DNA from: Camelus dromedarius
Lineage: Eukaryota
Assembly (NCBI RefSeq): GCF_036321535.1
Contig: NC_087447.1
Location: forward strand, 35,590,001 to 35,654,000
Direction: 5' to 3'
Length of the DNA stretch: 64,000 nt
In this document: positions 40,970 through 52,860 of the stretch, one piece after another
How the letters are laid out: every line of letters starts with the position of its first letter
Position numbering within the stretch: position 1 is the first letter of the stretch
The notes under the pieces: model-generated
The model's database searches: none
What the model was told of the DNA's origin: nothing
The model's input: only the letters and a program-made list of their open reading frames with translations
Made by a program: the position numbers and the translations under genes

Positions 40970-42301
40970 TCATCTCCAAAGTCAGCTTTTTATTATCAAG
41001 AGCCAGAGCCTAGGGAGGGAAGAGTGTTGAACTAAAGCAGCATTGCTCTCTTTCCAGGAAATGTTGCGAGCTGCAGTGAGAGCTTGAGATGTTGCATTTT
41101 TTTTTCCAACTCAAGCATGTGTTTTTCAAAAATATCATCCTTCCCCACCCCCCACCCCACCACTAATTTTAGAATCAGACCAAAGCCAAGCTACTGTCCT
41201 CTGTTTCTGTTGGGAAAATACTATATTTATTCGAGATGCAGAAGTGTGTCTCTGCAAACCTCCGATTGCTTCAGGAAAACAAATCTGCTTTAGACTATAC
41301 AGAAACCATGATACAAAAATTTATTTCATGCTAGAATCGCTTTGCATAACATTGGGCATGCAGTTTTTTACTCTGAAGTACTAAATTGCATACAATGCCG
41401 GGTTGTGCCTTAATAAAGGTGGAGGAGGACCGGCCCTCCTGCGGTCCTGATTTTTTGGTGCTCGGAAGTAACTCTTGGAAAATCCATACAGTGTTGATTA
41501 TCTACTATGAACAATTTATTATGAAAGTTGGTCACACTGGAGCTACACACCACTAAGATGATCGAATCAACCTAGACTAGCCGCTGTCAGGGGTCTTGGG
41601 GAGACGTCCGCTGGGTCACAGGCATGCCAAACAGGGAAGAAGGCGGCAGTGCGAGTTTCCACAATTCTATTTGGAGCAAAGTTCTGTTTCCGCGTGAGAG
41701 ACGAGCTATGAAGGTGAGTGAGGTCAATATGACCGATGACTGACCGACTGCCCTTTTGGGAACCTTTACTCTGGATCTCGTGTACAAAAAGGGAAGTAAT
41801 CCGTTCCCCCTCCCCAGCTCTCCCCCCGCTCCATTCCCCTCAAAACGTACAGGTTTCTACGGAAGGAAGGAACGCAGTTACAGTTTGGCTCCAACATTGT
41901 GTATAAAAGGAAAGAGCTTTGAAAGAAAATAGAGGATTCTTGCTTGTTTCTCTTCGTTGTTGTCGTGGTTTAGAGTAATCATACAGTTGCAGGGGTTGGT
42001 GGGTTTGGATTGCTGGGTTTTCTGGTTAACTTCATGCAAGTCATGCTAAGGGACCCCTCCACCCCCCTTCCCCGAATAAAATAAAATGTTTAAAAAAATG
42101 AAAAGAAGGAAAAGAAATCTTCTACGGTCAGTTACCATTTGGCCGTAGAAAAGCTACGTCCGTCCTAGTACAAGGCCTGGGCCACTCGGACTCGTCCGGC
42201 AAACCTGCATGGCGTGAATTTACTCTGTCCGAGGGTGAGGAGGGGCTGCAGGTCCACCCAGATGCTTAATAGCCACCAGTGTCCTGGGCCAAGCCGCCTG
42301 G
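40970..42301 (-). other. KCNC1: Kv3.1b 3'UTR with tandem candidate poly(A) signals
   Basis: No recognisable interspersed repeat after the stop; U-rich. Minus-strand AATAAA (tttatt on +) at 41515-41520, 41320-41325, 41226-41231 and 40989-40994. The true end cannot be determined from sequence alone. Confidence 0.7.
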
Positions 42302-42366
42302 TCAAGTCACTCTCACAGCCTCTGTCGGCATATACTTAGCAATGACAGGGCTTTCTTTGCAAAGAT
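42302..42366 (-). CDS. KCNC1: KCNC1 exon 4 coding part (Kv3.1b): DLCKESPVIAKYMPTEAVRVT*
   Basis: Acceptor ttctttacatacag|AT (AG at 42368-42367). 65 nt to TGA at 42304-42302. Matches the known Kv3.1b C-terminus. Too short for the ORF track. Confidence 0.97.
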
Positions 42367-43635
42367 CTGTATGTAAAGAATACAATTAACACTTGAGCTT
42401 CTCTTCTTGGCTCTCCCATCCCGCTTGGTACTTAGTTTTTAAGGAAGGAGGAGGAAAGACAGAACAGCCGCATGCAGAGGCAGGCAGATTCTTCTCCAGC
42501 TGGCCTGGTTCTCCCATGCAGTGAGCCAGCCTAGCACGCCTCTTTCTCTCTCTCCCTCCTGGGGGAACGGGTTGAGCCCCTAACTCTTCTACCCTGCACA
42601 TGGCTTATGGCCTGGAATTACCCTAAGAAAGCAAGTCCTTGGTGGCTGCCATGACTCCATGAGAGCGGGGCCAGGTGGATGCGGGTGGGGGCACTTCAAC
42701 CTTGGCGTCTCTGTGGGACTGGGGAGTGGGTACCACCTGTGGACAGTGGTTGCCACTGGACTCTCTGGGCACTACAAGGAGATGGGGCTTCTGTCCCACA
42801 CACCTTGGGCTTCTGGAAGCATAGTAAAGAGACTCCTGTCTGCTCTTTTAGGCCACACGGATTGATTCAACATTCAAGATGAAGGAGATAGCAGCCCATG
42901 AGACCTTACCAGGAAGAGCACAGCCATTGGGAATGGGTCCACCGCCTTTCCCCCTCACTCCCCTGGGCTGCCCCTGCTCCTGGCTTTCTAAAACCTCTAC
43001 TCAAGAAAAAGCCAGTTGTGAAGGGAAGCATCAGGCCTATCCATGGAAGGTGCTCAGGATGAGGCCGGCAGCCCTCTGCCATGCAGCACCATGCGGGGCG
43101 TGGTGTGCCGCACTGGGGTCCAGGGGACCTCCAGGCAGGACAAGGAAGCAGGGACCAGCCTGGGTCAGGTGAGCACACTAAGCACCAGTGACCAGAAGGA
43201 CCTCCCCTGTCTCAGTGTGGGCTGCCTCTCCTCTCCTGGGTTTGCCTTTTATTTTGAATTCTGTGTTTTTTCCTTACAATTGTTCAACCATTTCAAATAC
43301 TGGAGCAGTTGTGAATGGACACAGGCTACACCAAATGTTGTTCTAAAAAACCAACTATCTGGCCTGACCTGCTCACCCCGGTCAGCATGCACCCCGAGTG
43401 AGCCTGTGAGGCGTTCCCCCACATGCATGAGCCGCCCAGCCAGCCCGCTGTGCCGAGGATGGCCGATGCTTGGGGCCTGGAGCTAGGGTGCACTGGGCCC
43501 CTGCCCCAAGCTTCTCCCCAGCTCATGCTCAAGCTCTACTAGAAGCCTTTTCTCCAGGGGGCTCAGCCTCAGCTAGAGGTCTGATCCAAGGAGACCTTGA
43601 GCAGAGAGGCCACCACGGGACTCAGCCCTCACCAA

Positions 43636-43651
43636 CCACAAGGGGGCGCTG
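43636..43651 (+). promoter_or_regulatory. Candidate CTCF site
   Basis: CCACAAGGGGGCGCTG closely matches the CTCF core CCASYAGRKGGCRS. Confidence 0.5.
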
Positions 43652-44277
43652 GGGGTGGAAGGGGTTGCACAGAGTCCTGTGTAACCACCTTCTCTCGGCA
43701 AGTTCTCTATCTGCCACTAGCAGTGTCCTGACTAGCATGTACCTTACCTCTGCAAGGACATTGGCTTCACCTCCAAGCCCTGAAGCCACCTCGCTTCATG
43801 CCTCCCCTCCCACTGGTCTGGGGATTCTCTTTAAAGGATGCATCTTCCAGAACATGGATCTTGGGTGGCTAAGTCCACAGGGTCCTGGCCAAACCAGGCC
43901 CTCTCTGTTGCCCTCCTCAACCAAGGGACAGGGGAGATCACTGCCTTCTGGGTCTGGTCTGCCATCTGCCAGAGCAGCCTGGAGGAGTCGAGACTCCTCC
44001 CACTTCCACAGGCACCCCTCTGCCTTGGGGGCTGTAGTCAGCCAGCCTGTCCCCAAGCCCCACCCCTCAGCTCAATTCCAACCCACAGCTGCCTGGACCT
44101 CAGGTTCTCTCTGCCAGCCTTGCCATCCCACTGGGGGCCGACCCTGGGGCTCCTTTTGCTCCTTGCCCCACTCAGTGTGCCTGCCTGCCCCTCAGCGCCC
44201 CTTGCCCGCCGCCCCGCCCACCCATCTGCAGGAGCGCGAGGCGGCCCGGCTGATGCAGAGCGCCCCGGCCTCCTCTA

Positions 44278-44514
<237 letters not shown>

Positions 44515-44944
44515 TTAGTTGTTGGGGGACAGGCCAGAAGTGGGGCATCGGCAAAGGGCAGCCCATAACTGAGGACAGAAATGTGAGTGGGCCGTGGAGG
44601 GAGGTGGGAGGCTGGGGGTCCCCGGCTCAACTGGGCAGCCTTTGGGCTGCCCACAGTGCTGAGGAGGAGGGTTCCTGGGTTTGCTCAAAGTTTGCAAAAA
44701 GATGATTTGGTGATGGGCCCAGCAAGCGCAGTGCTGGGTGCCGGGCCCAGGGCTCAAGGCGGGGCCGATGAGACAGGATGGTGTGGATGTGGTCATGGGT
44801 AGAGGGCTAGACACAGAGCTCAGGGAGAAGACAGACAGACACGCAGAAACACTCCTGTCCAGAGAGTCAGCCTTTTCTGACCCCTCCGCTGCTGACCAGA
44901 GCCTGGCTGCCTTTCATCCGCATCTGGCTGGCCACTCAGGCATC

Positions 44945-45240
44945 CCTGGCCCCATCCAGACTCAATCCATCAACTCTACTCCAGGCCCTCTTTGGATCCT
45001 ATCTGATCATTTGCTTCACACTGTCCCACGCACACACCCTATCTGATCCCCTCAATACCTCCCCGCCATATGGACCCAATCTGGTCACTCTATATGCTCC
45101 ATCCCCCATACAGACTAGGCCTGGTCACACAGCCTCCTCTGTCCCCCATACAGACCCAATGTGACCGCTCAGTCAGCTCCATCCTCACACAGACTTAAGC
45201 TCCATCACTCAGTCCGCTCTGATCCCCACACGGACCAAGA
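44945..45240. repeat. Degenerate ~40-bp minisatellite, ~7 units
   Basis: Units start near 45061, 45101, 45141, 45181 and 45221, approx. (a/g)tcccc(c)a(t/c)acagac(c/t)nantctggtcactc. Confidence 0.7.
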
Positions 45241-45999
45241 CATTGGCTTCCACCCTGCTCTGCCCCCAAGCAGGCCTGGTCAGCTCGCACAGGCGCCAGC
45301 AAGGATGTAGGCATGAGGCAGTGACAGCAGGCCATGATTTGGGAGGGGGCTCCCAGTCCTCTGTCTCCTCTCGGCTGCATCCCCCGCAAAGCAGAGCAAA
45401 TGCACGTGTAAAGACAACAGCAGCTGATGGACTCGGGTGGGAAAGACGAGTCTTGGCCTCTGTGGGAGCCTGAGAAGGAACCTGGGAAGAAGTTTGGGGG
45501 TACATTTGGTGAGGATGAAGCTTGACCAGAGCAGGGAGCTCTCCCTCTCCCAAGTCCAGGAACAGCCCCGTGGACGCCTCTGGAGCTGGCAGAGGTAGCT
45601 CTGGTGGCCTCTGCCCCTGCCCATCGCTCTTGGGGACTGACCCTGCCGCACGCTCTCTGCCCTCAAAGCAGAACTTTCTGGCCAGCACGGCACTGGCTCA
45701 GCCCCCAGGGAAGGCACCGTGGCTTCCTCAAAGACTTCCTCTAGGGTGAGAGCCTCAAGGGAAGACAATGCCAACATGGGCATGACCACACGAGGGGAAG
45801 CTCTCTAAAAGACTGAAGAGGGGCAAAAAGCTGGAGACAGTCAAATCTCCACCCGATCTGACCCTCTTCTGTGACCCTGTTCACATCATGTAACTACACG
45901 CAGAAGTGATCCTTCTCCGTGCGCACACACTCGGCGTGCCCGCGAGCGGGATCACGGCCCGTGTACACAACATGTCACTACAAAGAGGCAGTCAGTCGA

Positions 46000-48900
46000 A
46001 AGAGAAATGGACCAATCAGGTTTATTCGTAAAGCAAATCCAAAAAAAAAGAAAAACCCATCATAATTTTGGAACTTAAAAATGTGTGTTGTACAAGATGG
46101 CAAAGCATTTCATGTACAATGCGTTTCTTGACAAATCCCAGGGGCTTCACTCCACAATATACTCTGAACCAAAAAGGCCAGTTACCAAGGTAACTCTGAC
46201 ACCATGTGACTGAAGCTGGGGCCTCTCTGGGGTCTGGGGGCTGCCTAGCGCTCGGGGCATGTCTGAGGGCACACATGTGTGCGCACAGACAAGCCCAGTC
46301 CTGCCTCACAGTCTGGCTGGCCCCGCCTTCCCTCCCAAGGGCCTCTGGGGAGAGGGGAGGATAGGTTAAGAGAGGAGGTAGTGGATGAAGGGGTGGAAGT
46401 TGGGGCCCATGGTACCCTGTACACATTTTCCTCAAGGGGAAAACAGTGAGTCCTACCAGGCAGTGTCTCCGTCTGGGAGGGGAGCCAGGACTTGCTGTCT
46501 CTCTGCTGGCCATCGTCTGTCAGTGGAGGTATCCACAGCCTGCAGGTCTTGCCCAAGGATGGGTCAGAGGGAGTGTGAGCCTGAGACCCCCTCGTCTGGC
46601 TGTGCCCCCAGCACCGGGCCCCAGGAGCATCCAGCCCCCACAGCCTTTAGAGGACCCAAAGTTGAAGCTGGTCTTCCCTGCAGGGGTCAGGCTGGGGGGC
46701 AGCCATCAGGGATCCCTGGGTGCATGTGAGCTGGACACCCTTCCCTCCCTGAAGCCTGCTTCTTCTCCCAGCCATGACCTCTGAGAAGGGGCTGTGCCTG
46801 AGGGTTTAGGTCCTCCTCTGTGAAGGAGCCAGCCTCCCTGGGCTGTTGGCTTATCTGCAGTTTGGGGTGTTTTCAGAAGCTGAGAGCATTCTCCCTCCCT
46901 GACTCCAGAGGAGTGGCTGGAAGAGAGACAAACCAACGGAGGGCCAGCTCTCCAAACCTGGGGAATCTGTGAAAAAGGCCAGATACTCCCAAGACCCCCC
47001 GCCTACTCCTGCCTCTACCCTGTCCTTTAGATGAGATGGCCACCCGGTCCCTCAATTCCCACCTGCTCCCCTGAAGGCTGGGAGCCCTGCCTCCCCAGCC
47101 CAGGGCCCCTCAGCCCCACTAGACCCGCTGGCCTGTGATGATGAAATGGCAGCATGGGCAGCGTCTCACGGAGATGGTTTCCAGGCTTTGAAATGGGCTG
47201 AGAGAGATGAGCGTCCGCGAGAGGGTCATTTTTTTTTAAACTTTGGAGCAAGGAGAACCCGGTGTCCGGCCGTCAGCCAGCAGGCTGACATTTGTGCCTT
47301 GGTGTCCAGGCACCGCCAAGGTACTTACTGTTCACACCAGCAGCGGGCGCCGGGGGCGCACGCAGGGCTAGGGCAGGGCAGGCAGGGGTGGCTGGGCATT
47401 TCCTTGGGTTTAGCCCTGAGGGGTCTGCCCAGCTAGGGGCTCAGGGAAAAAGTCCCCTGCTAACTGGGGACAGTCTGGGAAAGACACGAGCAGAGTACAG
47501 TCACGAGAACCAGCACAAGTCATGCAACAAAACGAGGAGAGAGAGAGAGAAACATGATTAGTAGAGAGAGAGAAAGAGAGAGCATGTGAACAACACAGAA
47601 AAGAACACCCAGGCCTGGCCCTCAAGCTCCTTCATTTCTCTGCTCCTTCCCCCTTAGCACACCTGGGGGCCACGTCGACCACGTTCAGGGCCCCCGCCGC
47701 CCACCTTGGCCCCCACATCCAAGCGAAAACTCGGTCAGCCTATGTGAAGGGGCCTTGCCCACACCCTGCCTGGTCATGGCTGTCCCAATCCCGCCACCTT
47801 CCCTGCCCCGGGGGTTACACCACTCCCGACACCCACTGCAGCCCAGCCCAGCAGGGGAGGGTGGAGGGCCAGGGCCACAGTGCTTCGGACCAGCTGCTCA
47901 GGGGAGAACCCTCCCCCCGGCAAAGATGACCCAGAGGCTGCAGTGGTAGCTCCCAGGGGGGGCCCAGGCAGGGGCTTTTCTGGGGCCTCACTGCTGCCCT
48001 ATGTGCTCATGGGCAGGAAGTGGGTCTGGCCACCACCATCCCCCGTGCCAGTACCTTGCTCACCTATGGTGGGACCCCGCAGCCCCAGATGCAGAACCAC
48101 AGAGAACCAACCCACATTACAGGAGCAGAGATGGACAAGACACACGTGAATGGCAGGACAGAGGGAGCACTCGGAACTGCCCAGAGCAGGAGGTCTGTGT
48201 CCCCGACTGCAAGTGGGGGAGGGACCCCCTTTCTGGGAGAGGAGCAGCTTCTCCTGGGCTCTTATCCCCAGGCAGTCCCTGACCATGGAGGGCACGCTCC
48301 TGGCATCCCCACCATGAGGCCCTACGACCCTTGCCAGGAAGAGTCCCCCAGACACTGAGGCCATGCCAGCCACGGTACCAAGGAGACCAGATCAACCCTC
48401 ACAGACACACAGACCTGAGGCTTCAGGAGAGACCAAGAGGTGGAGGTAAGGGGAGGGTGCCCCTGGCATGACTGGGTGGCCTTGACTGAGTCCCAGGGGT
48501 CTAGCCCTGGATGGGGGGAAGTGCCCTTAGAGCCCAGCATGCTGAACTTGACCCCAACCTACATTCTAAAAGTGGAATTGGAGAACCCCAGGTTTCACTG
48601 AGGCCACCTGACTGCTCTTAGGGGTGGAGTGAGGTTGGAAAGGCTTTAGGGGCTGCCTCTTACCAATCAGTTCCTGCATGATCCAGTCTCCGCCCCCATT
48701 TGCCTTCTTCACCTCTGGCCTCCCCCACACTCACTCACAAAGTCACGCCAACCCCACATCCGTCTAGGCACATAGCTGCAAGCAGAAAAGGAGGCAAATG
48801 GGAAGGGACTCGGGGATGCAGAGGTGGGGAGACACCCCTAAGGACCACATACCCTCTTGGTGATAGAGAATCCAGGTGTCATACACCAGCTTTTGGAGGG

Positions 48901-51345
48901 AGGAGTGTTTTGGTGAGGGATGAGGCTCAGGGGGGGTCTTGGACATCAAGACAGCACCCCCAGGGGACGTGGGAACTTGGGGAAGAGGTGGGGGCAGAGT
49001 GTGGGGATGGGGACAGAGAAAGGTGGGAGGATCTGGGCATCTGGTTTCCAGAGGACAAGCTTGGAAGGGCCCCAAATACCTCCTCAGCCATAGAGACCAC
49101 TCAAGCCAGAGCACTCTAGGTCTCTGAGTCCTGGGGCCAGGGCAAGGAGGCTCCCAGGAGCAGGGCTACCACGGCTGTGGGGACCCTGGGACCCAGCAGG
49201 AGTGCACAGGCTTTACAGACCTGCTGCAGCACGGGAGGAGGGCTTGTGTCCTTGGGACTAGCTGGTGTCCGTGTCAGACACACACATCTGTACTCTGTGG
49301 GTGTGTAAGTGTGTGAGCACATGTGTGCGTGTGTGTGTGCCTGTATGTGTGTGTGTGCACATGGAGAATACTGGCATTGTCTAGGAGTACTGAGAATTTG
49401 TGCCTGACTGGAGTGAATGAGGGGTCCTTGACAGGCTGGCCTGGGGCACCCATGTTTGGGGCACCAATCCTAAAAGATTCAGTGTTGGGAAGAGTGTGAC
49501 AGAGGGCCAAGGAATGCCATGATGATGCCACTCAGGCTGAGCTCCTCCTGCTAAGCCTGGAGTGAAGCTGGGAGCTGGGCCCACCCAGACCCTCCCCCAG
49601 AGCCCTGGGGATTTTCCTTGCCATGATGGTGACTCCTGAAGTCAAACAGAAGGGCTCACTAATGCAAAGTAGAGAGCTGGGGCAGGAGCTTTCCATGGCC
49701 CATGCCTGGCTTGCTAAGCTGAAGCCATGCCTTGGCCAGGGAGTCCATCCCCATCTCAGGACCCCCTATTCCAGCCTCTGAGACCCCTGCCCAGCCCTTG
49801 GCCCAGCCCAGAACACTCACCACGTTCCTCTCAGGTGCCTACAGGAATCCCGGGGAGTGGGGAGGGGTATGGGGCCAGGCGAAGGGGCTGGAAAGCCCCC
49901 CTGGACAGAGAAGTCGGCAGCAGAGCTGTGGGATGAAGCGAGATCAGGAACAGGATGGGGGTGGTGGGCCAGAGAGCACGTCAGCGGGGAAGAAAGAATC
50001 AGTCATCCACTGGAGGAGGCCACCCAAACCCAGGGGCACTTGCTCATTGAGGGCCGAGCTGGCCTGCGGCCCTCTGGCCTGACCCGGGCACAGGGGTGTC
50101 CCTCGTCGACTAGACACTACCTGTCACTCACTCAGCCTCCCTCACCCAGCACTCCTTCTTAGCTCAGTGTTGTCATTCTTCTCTGGGTCGTTCATTCCCT
50201 GGCAATCCCTGTGTCCACAGAATAAGTCGATGGTATTCCATGGGTAGAGGTAGACTATGGGCTTTATATCTTCGGACCAGAGCCCCGTGATCAACTTTAT
50301 GTGCTATGTGCAGGTTCTCATAAAACTGAGATAGTCCCATAACTAACCACTAGCCATGGAATATGAGAATATATCCCACGGTGACTAGTATTGTTTCATG
50401 GCCGCCCTCCCCCCTCCCTGACCCCCTGAATTCACGGGAACGTGGTCGTGCACTGGCTGGGATGTGGTGTATTGCTGCTGCAGTCCCTACTGCCGGAAAC
50501 AGGGGGAGCTCTCGGTGGGAGGTTGTTGCTGGTCTGTAGTGCTTTCATCTAAGCTGCCCGGGTGGTGGCCCCCTCTAGTCCTTCGCTCACCAGCCACTTC
50601 CATCAGAAGGCCACCGGAAGCTCCCACTTGACCATCAACCCAAACAGACAACGTGAAAGCTAGAGTCACTCCAACAGGTTCCTAAAGATAAACGCTAAAC
50701 TCTAGAGTGGTGGTAGAAGATGAGTTGGTTCCGCATGCTAAGGGGTAAGTAAGCTTGTTACGGAGGGCAAGAGGCGTCTCCTAGGACGCACCTGGAGCTA
50801 GGCAGCCGGCATCAGAGCAGGAATTCTACTCAGCTATGGAGACAGGCTCTTTTGGGGGTGAGAATCCTTGCTACTGCCTGTGCAGGGACCCTCCTGCCAG
50901 ATCCCATGCACCATCTGCGCCACGTGCACGGCCTGAAGGGAACCGTGTAAAGACCAAATCAGAAGCTGTCTGGCATTTCCGAATCACACCCACCCCTGCC
51001 CTGCCCCGACACTGGGTCAGTGGCCTGAGTCAGCGACTCAAGGGCAACTCCTGCCCACCAAGCAGCAGCGCCCCCGGGCTCCTGCGAAGAGAGTCCTCAG
51101 CAGCCTCGCGGGCCGTGTCATCTCTTCAGAACCCACGAGACCAGTGTGTCAACCTCCTTACCCAGGGCCACCAGTGAGGCTCTTCTCGCAGGCTTGCGCC
51201 TCGTGAATGTGGCTGCCCAGCATCTCCCTGGGCCCCCCAGACTCCACACCTCGAGACTGAGTGCGGGATCCAGGATCACCCACGGAACTAAGGAAGCAGT
51301 CTGACTGAATCAGGAATCATCGCTACAGGGGGCGGAAGTGAAAGG
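46000..51345 (-). other. KCNC1: Probable long Kv3.1a 3'UTR (also the 5' part of Kv3.1b intron 2)
   Basis: No recognisable interspersed repeat across ~5.3 kb. Ends in a U-rich block with UGUA motifs and AAUAAA at 46026-46021. Confidence 0.6.
46021..46026 (-). terminator. KCNC1: Intronic poly(A) signal, probably for Kv3.1a
   Basis: tttatt on +. Upstream in the mRNA are a U-run and UGUA motifs (46040-46120); downstream sequence is U/GU-rich (46000-45950). Confidence 0.65.

Positions 51346-52860
<1,515 letters not shown>

Noticed and set aside
42075..42085. AATAAAATAAA on the + strand as a poly(A) signal
   Set aside because: Complement of the U-rich tract in the KCNC1 UTR; no + strand transcript end is indicated here.
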